Of a stretch of 64,000 nucleotides of DNA, positions 13,600 through 28,098 are shown piece by piece; position 1 is the first letter of the stretch; every line of letters begins with the position of its first letter. The stretch comes from Eledone cirrhosa (Eukaryota): NCBI GenBank assembly GCA_964016885.1, contig OZ024756.1, positions 33,232,001 through 33,296,000 on the forward strand, in the 5' to 3' direction. The position numbers and the translations under genes are program-made. The notes beneath the pieces are model-generated. The model made no database searches. It had not been told where the DNA came from and was given only the letters and a program-made list of their open reading frames with translations.

Positions 13600-13952
13600 G
13601 CATATATATGTGTATGTATATATATGTATATACATATGCATGCAGTTAAGACGATTAACAAAGAAAATACAAGATCACGAACGATAAACAAGCAAAACGA
13701 AAATCAAATTTTTGAAGAGGAAAACTTAAAAAATTATTCTTTGAAATCAAAAATAAAAGCGAAACGCATAAAACTGCAATAAAGAGACTGAGAGTGAGAG
13801 AAAAGGGGAGAGACAGTGAAAGAAAGTGAGAAAGAAGGAAATGACTTCTACAGGATTAGAAGATGTGTTTCATATTTAATCAACAGAATATTCCCGTTGA
13901 CTTCAGCCGATTGAATTAGTTCTAATCCTGTAGAATGTGTTGCTATATGAAA

Positions 13953-14143
13953 TAATTGTTTCTACTTTTGGCACAAGGCCAGCAATTATCCCAGTGTATT
14001 ACTGGTACTTTATATTATCAACCCCGCAAGGATCAAAGGCAAAGTTAACCTCGGCGTGATTTGAACTCAGACCATAAAGGGCCGTAACTCTGTGTTGCAA
14101 AGCATGGCGTCCGAGCCTCTACCGATACTGCCAATCCACCTCC
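13953..14143 (-). mobile_element. tRNA-derived SINE (main family)
   Basis: Full-length reverse copy. Confidence 0.85.
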
Positions 14144-14962
14144 CAATGCGTATTCACTACTAGCGTATTGAGATGTAATTTGTGTGACGTAATGTCTAAC
14201 GAGTGATAACTTCTAACGATCAACGGCTCTGAAACTCATCTGATTAATGAAACAATTATTAATACTGTAAATAAACCCTTTTAGTACAGCTGACAATGTT
14301 ATTCTTCCTTATTCTATTATATATATATATATGTGTATGTTTGAGTAGGATATGCTTATCCCAATTGATACAGAGCGAGAAGTAAACAGCCGTCAGAAGG
14401 CTCGTGGCGGTATGTATCAACAAGTGTAGTGAATGGGTCCGTGTAGGTGAGCGAGAGACGGTGTGTGAGTATATATACTTCAATGTATGTATGTGGGGTA
14501 GGTTGTCAGCGCATTTAGGCGTACGTGTGTGTATGCATAGATGGGTATGTGTCTGCATGTGTGTGTGTTTTATGTATGTATCTTAGTATGTGTGGGTGCT
14601 TACTCTGAAGTGTGAGCAGACGTGTGAAGTACTGAACCCAGCATGACTCCATTGAAATGTGTCGGACGAAAAATGTTTGATGAACCGTGTGGCAGCAGAT
14701 AATGATCAGAACTTGTGATGACGTGGAGTAAAAACAGCCAATGGCATGACAATAGTGGAAATAGGGTTTTTTGAGAGTGTTTTTTATGATAACATCCCAG
14801 TGATAAAATTTGCTGCGGACGTAACACCCGTGTCTGAAAGAACCCTCAGAAGTAGAATCAGCCAGATCCATACAAGGACCATGACTCGAGCTACATGCCA
14901 GCGAAACATCTGCAACACGAAATAAACTAAGTCCAGATGCATTACTGATTTTTTCGTTTTCT

Positions 14963-15008
<46 letters not shown>

Positions 15009-15911
15009 AAAATGAACGAACAAAACACAGCAATTGTAGACAGTTATATCAGGTTAACACTAGGTGGAAGTGGAGGATGTATATGTATATATGTATTTAT
15101 TTATTTTATTAAGGCTAAATAGTGAGTCTTGTTACTCTAGAGTTTTGCCTGCTATCACAGGTTCATTAGACAAGAACAATATATATAATGTGCGTATACA
15201 TGTAAGCGTGTGTGTACTATTCACACACAGTCATCTATGCATAGTGTTCAATGACAGACATTAATTTTAAACAATACTAATGTATTAAAAATGGCATATA
15301 TATATTTATACATGTGTTTGTGCGTGTGCATCCGCGTGTGTTCGTCCGTGTGTTTGTAAAGAAAGAGAGAAAGAGCGAATATATCTGTCGGTTTATTTCT
15401 GGAAACTTCATAATTGCGTAGCAAGTCATTTTACTATGTTTCACTCCAAAGTCTGAACGCTTCCTTCAATTTCCTCTGAAATGTCTTCACTTCGATACTG
15501 CAACCATCATCCACTAAGTAAGGATTGATCGTGGCGCCAATATCTTCCTGTGTAATAGTAATAAATTCTAAGTTGCATCACAAAGGAAAGCCATTGACAT
15601 TATAGAAATAAGTTAAATAAGGAAAAAATAAATGTATTTTTTTTATATACTTCAATGACAAGAAGACAATGTACAACTACGTATGCCAATTCCAATAAAG
15701 GATATATGAAGTTGAAAAGAAATAAAATGAAATAAAATATTTAAGAGAGAAAACAGTACGAAAAAAAAAAGTAAAGTAAAGTAAAACGGACTTTACAAAA
15801 GTGGATGACATTTGCAGAATCGGATAAACGTTCAGTTGTGATTAGTGGGATAGAGACATAGTGACGTTGGCACTTTCCTTTTCATATTGCCTCTCCAACT
15901 CTTTCTCTCTC

Positions 15912-15996
<85 letters not shown>

Positions 15997-16074
15997 GAAT
16001 ATGAATATATACGTGAATATGAATATATATATATATATATGAATATATACGTGAATATGAATATATATATATAC

Positions 16075-16280
16075 AGGAACGAGTAGCACCCCGACGGCTG
16101 AGCTCAAGCCGTTTCGACGGGTAATTCTAGACTAAATCTTTTAGTCCAGAATGAGCCGTCGAAACGGCTTGAGCTCAGCCGTCGAGTTCCTACTCGTTCC
16201 TATTACCCACTCTACTACCCTAAGTATTGAGTACTTTGGTGCGTTATGGTCCACCTGGTTCCTTACCACACTTCCTTCGT

Positions 16281-16281
<1 letters not shown>
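16075..16281 (+). mobile_element. Family B microsatellite-embedded fold-back element (Penelope-like derivative)
   Basis: Palindromic head 16075-16203 plus tail ending ttccttcgt(TA)n; other copies at 16932-17091, 31348-31470 (-), 32361-32460 and 61739-61815. Confidence 0.7.
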
Positions 16282-16312
<31 letters not shown>

Positions 16313-16857
16313 GCGTGTGTGTAAAAATCTATGAATACGTATATACATATATAACGCGTGTGGAGACAGATAATTAATAAAGACGGTAAATACCATGAAA
16401 AGAGAGATAGGGGAAGAGAGAATGTGGAGAGAAGTATGGGATTCAATATTCAGTTCAGTATAATGTATTTGTTTTTCCTTCTTTTATTGTCGTCTACAAG
16501 TTCTACGCAAATATAGATTTATTTGATGCATCTACGGATATCTACGTCTATCTACTTACTTTTTTGTCTCTGCGTATTGTCAGTATCTTAACTAACTGCA
16601 CCAGTCAACCATTATCAAGTAATACACTCTTTTTAGATCTATTTTACTATTTAATTTGACATCTGTGCTGGACAAAAGAAGTAATAGATATTGCTAATAC
16701 TACATTGGTATAATATTTTAGCGACCTCAGAAGAACAAATTGATACGTTAACAATAAAAGGACTTCTGTAGGACGCAAAATGTTTAAAGTAAATAACAAA
16801 AACATAGGTTCCCCACATACTAACGGTTCTGTATAACCATCACGGGTGTTCGTAGAT

Positions 16858-16931
<74 letters not shown>

Positions 16932-16935
<4 letters not shown>

Positions 16936-17088
16936 CGAGTAGGACCACGACGGCTGAGCTCAAGCCGTCGAAACGGCTTGAGCTCAGCCGTCGGGTTGCT
17001 ACTCGTTCCTATTACCCACTCTACTACCCTAAGTATTGAGTACTTTGGTGCGTTATGGTCCACCTGGTTCCTTACCACATTTCCTTCG

Positions 17089-17091
<3 letters not shown>
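16932..17091 (+). mobile_element. Family B element copy
   Basis: Near-identical to 16155-16281 with a short inverted head; lies between (GA)n and (TA)n. Confidence 0.7.
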
Positions 17092-17138
<47 letters not shown>

Positions 17139-17709
17139 GTCTTTTTTTTTAAAAACAGCGATAATATTGGTATTTTGCTGAACTCCTTATATTTGTAGAG
17201 TTTTTTTTTCGGAATGATTTTTGACTGCTCTTTCCCGTAAACAGACATTCCTCTCATTCTGACGTCACCAGCCATGTCTCTCCATGTACGTTTATTTTCA
17301 TTGTTACGCATGAGGTGAACTAGCCTGCTTTTAAATTCCCTTTTTGGCATATTCTGGCAGTGGTTTGGATTATCGTGTTGGAGCTCTACTGATGAACGGT
17401 TCCAACTGTCACCATCCCCACTGAAAGTTTCGTGAAATAGTCTTTTTAAGACTATTTAGAGCTTTTGTAGTTTTACCAAATTGAAGTATGAGTATTTAAT
17501 CTTTATATTTATAGAGTTAGGGCTCTATTGATTTTTCACTGGATTTCACAAAATTCTGTGGATAATTCTATGTCATGATTTTTATTGTTAATTGCGTTTG
17601 AATTATTTTCCCACGTCTTACGTTAATTATTTGTCCATTTTGATGTTATAGTCACTTATATATTATGAAATACTGTTGGCTTCATGCTCACAATAATTTC
17701 TATATTTTC

Positions 17710-17750
<41 letters not shown>

Positions 17751-18005
17751 AGATGTTGCTATAATTTAGCTTCCAGGGTCGTGTGGACCCATATGACATA
17801 TGATCAAATGCTATACATCCATGGATAATGAGTTCTATCAATAGATAATACTGAGTAATGCGGAAGAGATTAAGTTAGTTATTATGTCCACCTACGTACA
17901 TTCCACGAAAAGAATTGTTTCTAATATGTCAAGATTTTTCTCCCCCATAAGCAAATATGGTTATTAACACCTACACACTAAACTCAATATTATTATAAAA
18001 CCTTA

Positions 18006-18197
18006 GGCGGTGAATTGGCAGTATCGGTAGAGGGTCGGACGCCATGCTTTGACGCATAGAGTTACGGCCCTTGCCATTCTAAGTTCAAATCCCGTCGAGG
18101 TTAACTTTGCCTTTCATCCTTACGGGGTCGATAAAATAAAGTACCAGTAATGCACTGGGTAATTGCTGGCCTTGTGCCAAAAGAAGAAACAATTATT
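18006..18197 (+). mobile_element. tRNA-derived SINE (main family)
   Basis: Full-length copy GGCGGTGAATTGGCAG...gaaacaattatt. Confidence 0.88.
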
Positions 18198-19130
18198 ATG
18201 AAACCTTATATTTGAGAGATTAGCATGCAATATCGATTTTTTAAAATATATAATATAAAATGATCTGAGGCAGAATAAAATAATATACATCTATATTTGA
18301 TACGGCTTATGCGTAATCTCATGAAATACATTGTCTCTTGAAAAATCATCATTCGTACGTATAATATACAGTACGATCGGACGTTAGGTAACAAGGAAAT
18401 AGATCTATAATAGGAAGTATATTTCGATACATAGTATTGTATTATCGTCAAATGCATTCTAAATGAATCGTAAGCATAAATATTAAATCAAAAGTCCTGT
18501 ACCAAATAAACTTTAACATCCAATAAATAATTATACGAGGATTGTTATAATTAAATATCTCTTAAATATAGCATGAATAATTTCGAAAAAAATAGCTATA
18601 TAGGTCTAGTTAATATTTTTGAAATACAACGTAAATCCGTTATTGTTATGAGATATAAAGTAATTTGAAATGACAAAACACCAGAAAATATAAGACAGAA
18701 TATATACCCAACACTACTATATATATATATTCTTCCACATTAATATATATAATTACGTAACTAATGAAACTGTCTGACGTAGAAAAGCGCTTTTAGCAAA
18801 ATCAATATATAAATTATACACCGATATAAACCTTCATCATCAGTAAAAATTAACGTGCATTATTTCGTCTGATTGGATTTTATACCTGTTCTAAAAACAG
18901 GAAATTTATCAACTTTTACAATAGTCTCATTAAACTTACATTAGAATTGATCATCTCTCCAAACTTTTATATTAAATGAAATGTCAGTTAAATGGTGTTA
19001 TTATATTAATAAATACATATCGTTCCAACGGAGCGAGATATTCGTGTAAGTTTGCCAGCAACACTGTTTCTATACAGGAGCGCTAATGAATAATATATGT
19101 ATTTAATTATATATATATATTTATATACAA

Positions 19131-19162
<32 letters not shown>

Positions 19163-19460
19163 TTATTTATTTATTTCATATATATATATACAGTTTTTTT
19201 TATATTTTCATATGTCCTAACTTTTATATGATTTATATTGGACCTGTTATTTTTATCTAAAGACATTTTTTCAATTTTACACACACACACATATATATAT
19301 ATATTTGTATCAGTTTGTATCTGTCTTCTTTTCCTTGTATCAATGGACCTTACACAACTTGGTCTGTTTCATCGCAGTTATATCCCATTCAAACATGGAC
19401 GATCATAAATATTTCTCTCTCTCCATCTCTGTCTCTCTTCGCACACCAACACATTCTCAC

Positions 19461-19514
<54 letters not shown>

Positions 19515-19577
19515 CGTTCCAAATAGTACATTTATACTTATCGAAACATGGTTTGTTATGTATAAATCGTGTTATAC

Positions 19578-19615
<38 letters not shown>

Positions 19616-19618
19616 GTA

Positions 19619-19649
<31 letters not shown>

Positions 19650-19982
19650 CCAAATAGTACATTTATACTGATGGAAACATCTGCTGTCTTATGTATAAGC
19701 CGTCTTATACGAACGTAATTCTGTTTTTACTCTTCTCTCATTACATAACTTTTATAGCGGTTTTGGCTGCTGTAAAACAAATCAACGCTGTTATCTATTT
19801 TCATATATAAACTTTGACATTACTTAACAGAATGTAATCTTTCCGGAAGCAAAAATAAATGGAAGTTCTTTTATCTCATTTCCAAAGTTAACCTATTATT
19901 CTCGTCAAGTAATCTTTGCTAAGAAAATGGTTTTATTTTTGTTGTTTTTTTTATTTTACTCTCTCTCTCTCTCTCACACACA

Positions 19983-20017
<35 letters not shown>

Positions 20018-20020
20018 TCT

Positions 20021-20052
<32 letters not shown>

Positions 20053-20377
20053 CCCTCTCTCTCTTTCGAACTAATCGAAACTATAATTGTCAATTCAATG
20101 AGCTAGACTTCATTTCTTCGTTTTACCAGTTAGAAATAGTAGCTAAATCTACCTCAAATCACACACTGCCGTTTTAAATGGGAAGGACATATGTCGGCAA
20201 TGTAAAGTATTTAAAGGAAACAAGAATGAAGGCGCACACATGATCTGGATGGCTTTGTTCATCGATCCCCGGTTCACGACATAACAACCTTCTTATTGAA
20301 TAGAATTCATATATTAAATAAATGATCGAAATACGCTATTTTTGTAAACAAGATACATAAATGGATGGCTTTGATCA

Positions 20378-21127
20378 TAATTGTTTCTGCTTTAGGTACA
20401 AGGCCAGCAATTATCCCAGTGCATTACTGGTACTTTATTTTATCGACCCCGTAAGGATGAAAGGCAAAGTTAACCTCGGCGGGATTTGAACTCAGATCAT
20501 AAAGGGACGTAACTATGCTGGAAAGCATGGCGTCCGACCCTCTACCGATACTGTCAATCCGCCGCCCTTTGGCGGCTTTGATCATAATATGGCTCAATCA
20601 GATTTTATTTATGACTAAAGAAGTAGAAGTTCAATATAAATAAGGCTAGTCCAAGGTGTTGTTGTTGTTGTTGTTGCTAACGGAAAAACCCTGACAGTTT
20701 GTCATTAATATTTAGGGGGGGGGCGCAGCATCGTTAGAGGGTCAGACGCCATTCTTTCCAGCATAGTTACGTCCCTTTACAGTGTGAGTTGAAATCCCAC
20801 CGAGGTTAACTTTGCCTTTTATCCTTACGGGGTCGATAAAATAAAGTACCAGTAATGTACTGGGTAATTGATGGACTTTTGCCAAAATTAGAAACAATTC
20901 ATATTTAGGGCGGTGGATTGGCATTATCGGTAGAGCGTCAGACACCATGTTTTGCAGCATAGAGTTATCCCTTTTACGTTCTGATTTCAAATCCCGCCGT
21001 GTTTAACTTTGCTTTTCATTCTCACGGGTTCGAGAAAATAAAGCACCAATCACGCACTGAAGTCGATTTAATCGACTTTCCCCTCCCCCAAGATTGTTGT
21101 CTTTGCACCTATATAAGAAATCATTAA
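20378..21127. mobile_element. Cluster of three SINE copies (20378-20567 -, 20720-20900 +, 20907-21127 +)
   Basis: Family body repeated; the first copy is flanked by a ggctttgatcataat direct repeat (TSD-like). Confidence 0.85.
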
Positions 21128-21809
21128 TGTTTATATAAATGTTATTACATGTAGTGAATACTGGTTTAAAATATAATTTCATATTTAATCAGCTTTAGGT
21201 CCCTAATATCATGTGATGATTTATGTATAGTTAAATACATTTTTGATAAGGTTTCTCTTAGTTATTCGGATATTCGACTCATCATCTTAATTTATATGTT
21301 AGAATCCTGATGGTGAGTCTTGTTTCTGAGAAACAGCAACATTCCACGTTATCCCATTTCATTCAGTTGGCAAACCTTGTGATGTTTTCTTACTTCAGGT
21401 AACCAACCATGTCACACGTTGTGTCAGGCTAAATCTTAATTAGAATTACATTAATGGAAAACCTGCCTGTGGAGTACACATTAGTGCTTCCGTTGATACG
21501 AAACCTGGAACACTCCTCTTTACAACTGACGAACGTCTAACATAAAAAACATGCCATTACATCATGTGTAATTTGTTAAAAATAAAACAACCTTACCTGA
21601 ATAAATCTTTCCTGAAATATATTTAAAGTATTGGCTATACATCCACACAGATAAAAAGATATCGAACGTCTAGACATTTTGAATAAATTATTTAGACTAA
21701 GGAAGAATTTACAAGAAATTCCATTTTATATAATTGTTAAAACATACAGATACAATTGCCTGCACAAGTAAAATATATATATATATTTTATACACAGAGA
21801 ATATGCATG

Positions 21810-21868
<59 letters not shown>

Positions 21869-22419
21869 ATGTGTGTGTATATATATTATATATAAAAGGA
21901 AAGCGCAAGCAAGGGACATGTCCCCTCTTCAGTTGTCTAACTGTGTGGTTACTTTATCAAGTAACCACACAGCCCCTTGTTCCTTCTAAAACTTTATATA
22001 TTATATATATGTGCGTGTTACGTGTGTGTGTGTGTGTGTGTGTATGTGTGTGTGTGTGTGTGTACCTGTGTGTGTGTGTGTGTGAGTGTATGTGTGTGTG
22101 AGTATGTATGTGTGTATAAATAGATTGAATAGTTATGAAGTAATTTATGGTTACTAGCATTTGACATTTCGCAGTGGAATAGAAATGAATGAATTGATTT
22201 TCACTTCACCAGTTGAATCAACGGAAGAGCTTGTTCATGTGATTCATATGTAAGTTGGTGAGTAATACACATATACGAATATGTGTATTTGAATGGCATG
22301 GACCTGTTGTTTTGCATTAGGTTATAACTATTCCATTTGTTTGTTAATTATAAGAGCCTCATAAGGAAATAAACATATGTACGGTTAAGCATTCTACATA
22401 TATCTGGAGTACATCTAAC

Positions 22420-22545
22420 AATAATTGTTTCTACTTTTGGCACAAGCTCAGCAATTATCCCAGTATGTTATAGGTACTTTACTTCATCGACCCCGTAAGG
22501 ATGAAAGGCAAAGTTAACCTCGGTGGGATTTGAACTCAGACCATC
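22420..22545 (-). mobile_element. SINE, 5'-truncated
   Basis: Body and B box only. Confidence 0.8.
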
Positions 22546-23070
22546 AATAATACTCAGAAAATGTAAGCATGATATAATTCCTAACAGAAAATATGTCTCT
22601 TTGAAATTGCTTTACAGCTAACCACACAGGCATATACACAGTTTCTGCCCGCCCAAATTGCTACACAATATATGGGTCATGCCTAGGCTATAGTATACAA
22701 CACGCACCTAAATGCCACTCAGAGTCATCGAACCTATAATCTCAAACTGGTGAAACAATTGAGACAAGCTTCCTTACCGTTCGGCTAGGCCGTGTTAAGT
22801 TTCTCAAAGCATATGCAATTAAATCCATATTTACAAAGTTACACGTGAATATGTTAAGATTTACATCAATAAAATACACATAATATTATCTTTTTAGTAG
22901 TGTTCCATCTCTTCGGGCAGCCAAATTTGTAGTAATGGATGGCATGTTGTGATTTTATGGAAATTACACATAACAGCGTCCCACAGCAATTAAAAATGTT
23001 CATAATAGTTTTGATAATTTAGATCATGAAATAGGAAACCATTAAGCAACGGATTACACGCCCCCCTCCG

Positions 23071-23134
<64 letters not shown>

Positions 23135-23178
23135 GTATGTTTGTGTGTATGTGTACAAACATATGTGAATATTATGTG

Positions 23179-23267
<89 letters not shown>

Positions 23268-23305
23268 GCACATAATATTCACATATGTTTGTACACATAC
23301 ACATC

Positions 23306-23404
<99 letters not shown>

Positions 23405-23784
23405 CATACATATATATATATATAATTCATTTTTAATTCGTTTCTGTAAAGAAAATGGAAAGTAATATTTAACTGAAGATAGTAGAAATGTGTATGCAAA
23501 CACATTAGTTTTATCGAAACATGCACATATCTCTCGGTTCTGCTTTTCTCCGAGTATCAAAAAGATGAACAGATTTATCTGAGGTTTGAATCCGGTTGGA
23601 ACCATCTTCAGAAAAGCAATTCATGTATTTTACGATAAGCAGACAAAATATGTCACTATTAGCTTTATAAGCCCACCAAATGTAGAGTTAACAGCGACGC
23701 GAGGTTGTCAATTCATATTTACTTAGTCTTTAGGTTCGTTATTAATTCAGCTGAGATAAAGTGTATATTCATGTCTATAATAAA

Positions 23785-24082
23785 ATAATTGTTTCTACAT
23801 TTGACTCAAGGCCAACAATTATCCCAGTGTATTACAGGTACTTTATTTTATCGACCCCCGTAAGGATGAAAGACAAAGTTAAGCTTGACGGGATTTCGAC
23901 TCAGATCATAAAGGGCCGTAACTCTTTGCTGCAAAGCATGGGGTCCGACAATAAATAATAATATTAAATATGATGACTATATATACATACATATATACGT
24001 ATATATATAGAGAGAGAGAGACAGCCGTATCTCTTTGCTGCAAAGCATGGCGTCAAACCCTCTACCGATACTGCCAATCCAA
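23785..24082 (-). mobile_element. SINE (main family), interrupted
   Basis: 23785-23950 plus a separate head fragment at 24024-24082. Confidence 0.75.
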
Positions 24083-24283
24083 CTCCTTAGTAAAATAATA
24101 CATGACCATAGCGAAGCTTCAAGACGAGAAAAAGCACGTAGAGTAAAGATTGATGGAAATAATAAACATAGATAGTTACGGAATGGGGAAACTGAAAAAC
24201 ACCATCGACTTGGATGGATACAATGCTGTTATATATATATATAAATATATATAAATATATATATATATATGTATATATATATG

Positions 24284-24335
<52 letters not shown>

Positions 24336-24401
24336 TATGTGTGTGCCGAGTGTATATCGAGAGAGTCAGAAAGAGCACATGAGTAGTTACCCAGTCTCGC
24401 T

Positions 24402-24462
<61 letters not shown>

Positions 24463-24463
<1 letters not shown>

Positions 24464-25324
24464 TAGCAAATGACCCCCGTCCAATGGACGGTGTCAGTTC
24501 TTGGTAGGGCTGCAATGTTAATGGTCAATTTACGTGTTGTATGTTTAACTTGGAGGATAATTTTACCTGATCAACTCTTTCATAAAAAAAAAATGAGACG
24601 GTATTCAAAAAGAGCAAGTTTTATTTACAGATATGTGTCATTAAAATGTGAACATAGAGCAATGTATCGTTAGCCGTGTCGGTTGAACAATGTGTATTTT
24701 AAAACATCCATCATGTACACACACACACAAACACATACGCACACACACACACATACACACAAACACACACACACACACATACACACACACACGCACACAC
24801 ATACGCACACAATCCCAAGACGTGACGTTGTGGAAGGGGGAGAGTTAAGAAGTGTAATAAATAAGTTAAAATTATAAACGCTGTATTTATCATATTCGCG
24901 TCACACACACTCCTCTCTTTATTTTACTCTCTCTCTCTCTCACTCCTCTCTTTCTATCTCCATCTCACACATCCTTCTCTCTCTGGCCGTTATGGAAATT
25001 ACACACACACACACACACATGCACGCACACATACACACACAAACACATACACACACATATACACACGCACATACACATACAATCCCATAACGTCGTGTTG
25101 TTGAAGGGGGAGAGTTAAGAAGTGTGTAAAAGGAACGCTCTCTCTCTTTAATGGCCGCCATGGAATTTGTTAGTGCAAAAGTCTATAAGATTATAAAATC
25201 GAAGTTTGTGACTTCGAAATTAATCATTATGAAATAATTTTTTCTTGATGTTACAAACCGTAGCCTATTTTGGCTATGTGTTTAATTTGACAGAGATGGA
25301 TGGAATATTTTCCAAGTGAAACTC

Positions 25325-25362
<38 letters not shown>

Positions 25363-25381
25363 CGGGAATTATATATATAGA
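24463..25381 (-). mobile_element. Non-autonomous Helitron-like element
   Basis: Minus strand starts A|TCtatatatata and ends ccgtcc-att-ggacgg...CTAG|T; internal duplicated block (24808-24857 / 25079-25127) and microsatellites. Confidence 0.65.
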
Positions 25382-25535
25382 TATAGTAATAATAATAATT
25401 TGAAGACTAAAATCCAAAGAGGGCTCGATAAGGGTGAACGCAGCGATTCTTTGCTTAAACTTTAATCTGTTATTTTAATAAATATTTGCTCTACGGTTGT
25501 TATGTATACTTGTTTCTATATGTTTTTTTAATTAT

Positions 25536-25608
<73 letters not shown>

Positions 25609-26068
25609 CCTTATCGAGCCCTCTTCGGATTTTGGTCTTCCTAATTATTATTACTATATATACATACATACATACAAACATACATACATATATATATTCA
25701 CAGATTAACTTTGGCTTATATTTGCCTCGTATTGCGTTTTATATATTGATATATCTAGGTTAAAATATGGATGTATGTACACGTGCATATATATATATAT
25801 ATATGTGATCGCATGTATGCGTCTACTTTATTGTAAGGCTGTTTGTTTACTGATCATCTGCCATCAAATTATATTCCTATTATACGATTATCTCTTTAAT
25901 TATAGCTTCTCTCCCGTCCCAACCATCAATTATATTTCATGGACATTCTTTATTAATTATTAAAATTTCCAGTAAAATGCCTATTTCAATTACCTAATGC
26001 TCCTTAATACATAAACATTTATATATTACATATTTTTTTAAATTTCTAATCTCTGTGGATATCTTTAC

Positions 26069-26390
26069 ATGTAAACAAGACAATATATACACCTCTACGT
26101 AGTTATTCGCCTTGCTAGAAATAGCATTCAAATGTTAGTAAAATTTCACCCATTATCTGAAATGATATAAGGTTGTCATACATAAACGATGAGACACTCA
26201 CAGCAAAAACTCATTTGATGGTAGGTTGTAAACAAGACAATGTATACCCCTCTATGTAGTAATTCGTCTTGCTAGACATAGCATTCAAATTTTATTAAAA
26301 TTTCACCCATCATCTGAAATGATATATATAGATAATGTTGCCATATATAAAAGATGAGATACTCACAGCAAAAACTTATTTGATGGTAGG
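26069..26390 (+). repeat. Tandem duplication of ~157 bp
   Basis: tgtaaacaagacaat...tttgatggtaggtt occurs twice (26070-26227, 26228-26391), ~85% identical. Confidence 0.8.
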
Positions 26391-26870
26391 TTTGATGAGT
26401 CTGGAATGTCCTGGGTTTGACGAATTGGTGAACAGAAAATTTAGGAACACTAATATATGACCAATCCAGACGAAATCTTCATATTCATACAGTGCGCACC
26501 ATCATATATCCGCTCATGAGAACTGAAATGGTGACAATCAGTTATGTAATTTGGAAACCAGTTTTGTAGTAGGAGACGTTTAGAAGGGAGGTACACCCTA
26601 GAAACCGTGACATAATTTAATTCCTCCAGCTGGAACACTTCAGATCTTTGATTGTTTTGTACCAGTTATGTACTAAATCCATATTCTCTGAAAGTGTTTA
26701 TGATCTGCTTAGAATTAGAAGCAGCATTACTGTATTATAATTAAAGCATTTTCTACAGAAGAGTATTTATATGCCAAAAGTAAAGGGAACACAATGCATC
26801 AAACAATGCAGTACGATGCAAATATATATTAGTTTAACGCTTCGTATGGGAGGAAATTAATCCCCCACAC

Positions 26871-26967
<97 letters not shown>

Positions 26968-26999
26968 GAAGTGGTTACACAACAGTTAGTTCAGCGCAC

Positions 27000-27037
27000 C
27001 GAGAACAATTGTTTCACCTTAGCGGATCCTCAGCTCG
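27000..27037 (-). ncRNA. Minimal hammerhead (family C), mirror copy in left arm of fold-back
   Basis: Exact reverse complement of 27086-27123. Confidence 0.72.
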
Positions 27038-27085
27038 TAATGGGCATGTTTATACGGATACGGATACGTATAACCATGTCCACTA

Positions 27086-27123
27086 CGAGCTGAGGATCCG
27101 CTAAGGTGAAACAATTGTTCTCG
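27086..27123 (+). ncRNA. Minimal type I hammerhead ribozyme (family C)
   Basis: CGAG-CUGAGGA-UCC gcuaa GGU-GAA-ACAAUUGU-U-CUCG; helix I CGAG/CUCG; palindromic helix III. Confidence 0.75.
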
Positions 27124-27191
27124 GTATCGTGAACTAACTGTTGTGTAACCACTTCTACCTAACTCGTCCCATGGACTGAGTGCTCTACCAC

Positions 27192-27262
<71 letters not shown>

Positions 27263-27414
27263 TTCAAATATTAACAAAATAGATATTCTTGTGATCAATT
27301 ACATTTTATTATACATATTTCAGAGGTACTTGAATCAAGTTCAACAGTACGTCCTCATCAGATAAAATAAAATGATACATGACATACCCTGACATGTTAG
27401 ATGGTTAAGATTTA

Positions 27415-27505
<91 letters not shown>

Positions 27506-27539
27506 TCTGTTATATATATATATATATATATATACTCTG

Positions 27540-27595
<56 letters not shown>

Positions 27596-28098
27596 CAGAG
27601 TGTTGTAGTTTGCTTGAAACATTGTTGAATAGGAAACACAAATTAAGTCAGCTCTCCAAACGAGCAAGTCAATTCCGATCGATCTTTTAAGTCTCTCGGG
27701 GATGCTCCGTTGATAATGGGTTTTTAAACCCGTTATCAAGGGAGTATCCCTAAGAGACTAATCCTTGGGGTTATCAAGATATATATTCACACATGTATAT
27801 ATATATATATTGTGTATATATATATATATATATGTGTGTGTGTGGGAGTGTGTTTGTAGACACCTGACCATTAGCCATTGTTAGCTTAAGTGAACCTTAA
27901 AAATCAGGAATAGCACCCCTAGGGTGAACTTGTCTATAGAATTATTTCTGTCTTTGTAAATATAGTTTTTAAAGAATTCACTTTTCTTTAAACCCATCAA
28001 CCAATGACCTCCTCACATCTCAATCACCACCCTCTACTACCATCACCCTCTCCTACCACCAGAAAAGTTATAAATACCACTATATTACTTGGATAGTC

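Larger units (their letters stand above)
26967..27194 (+). mobile_element. Family C fold-back element with two hammerheads
   Basis: ~90 bp inverted arms plus 3' tail; (TA)n on both sides; second copy at 61560-61725. Confidence 0.75.

Noticed and set aside
14825-14920. Hammerhead with a very long helix II (GUGU-CUGAAAGA...GAAACAUCUGCA-ACAC)
   Set aside because: The core has an extra base, the NUH site is mutated and no helix II is evident. The region may still be a PLE 3' remnant abutting (TA)n.
17385-17440. CUGAUGA...GAAA hammerhead candidate
   Set aside because: Helices I and II cannot be formed consistently. The same applies to CUGAUGA at 41670, 47110(-) and 49196, which lack a properly placed GAAA.
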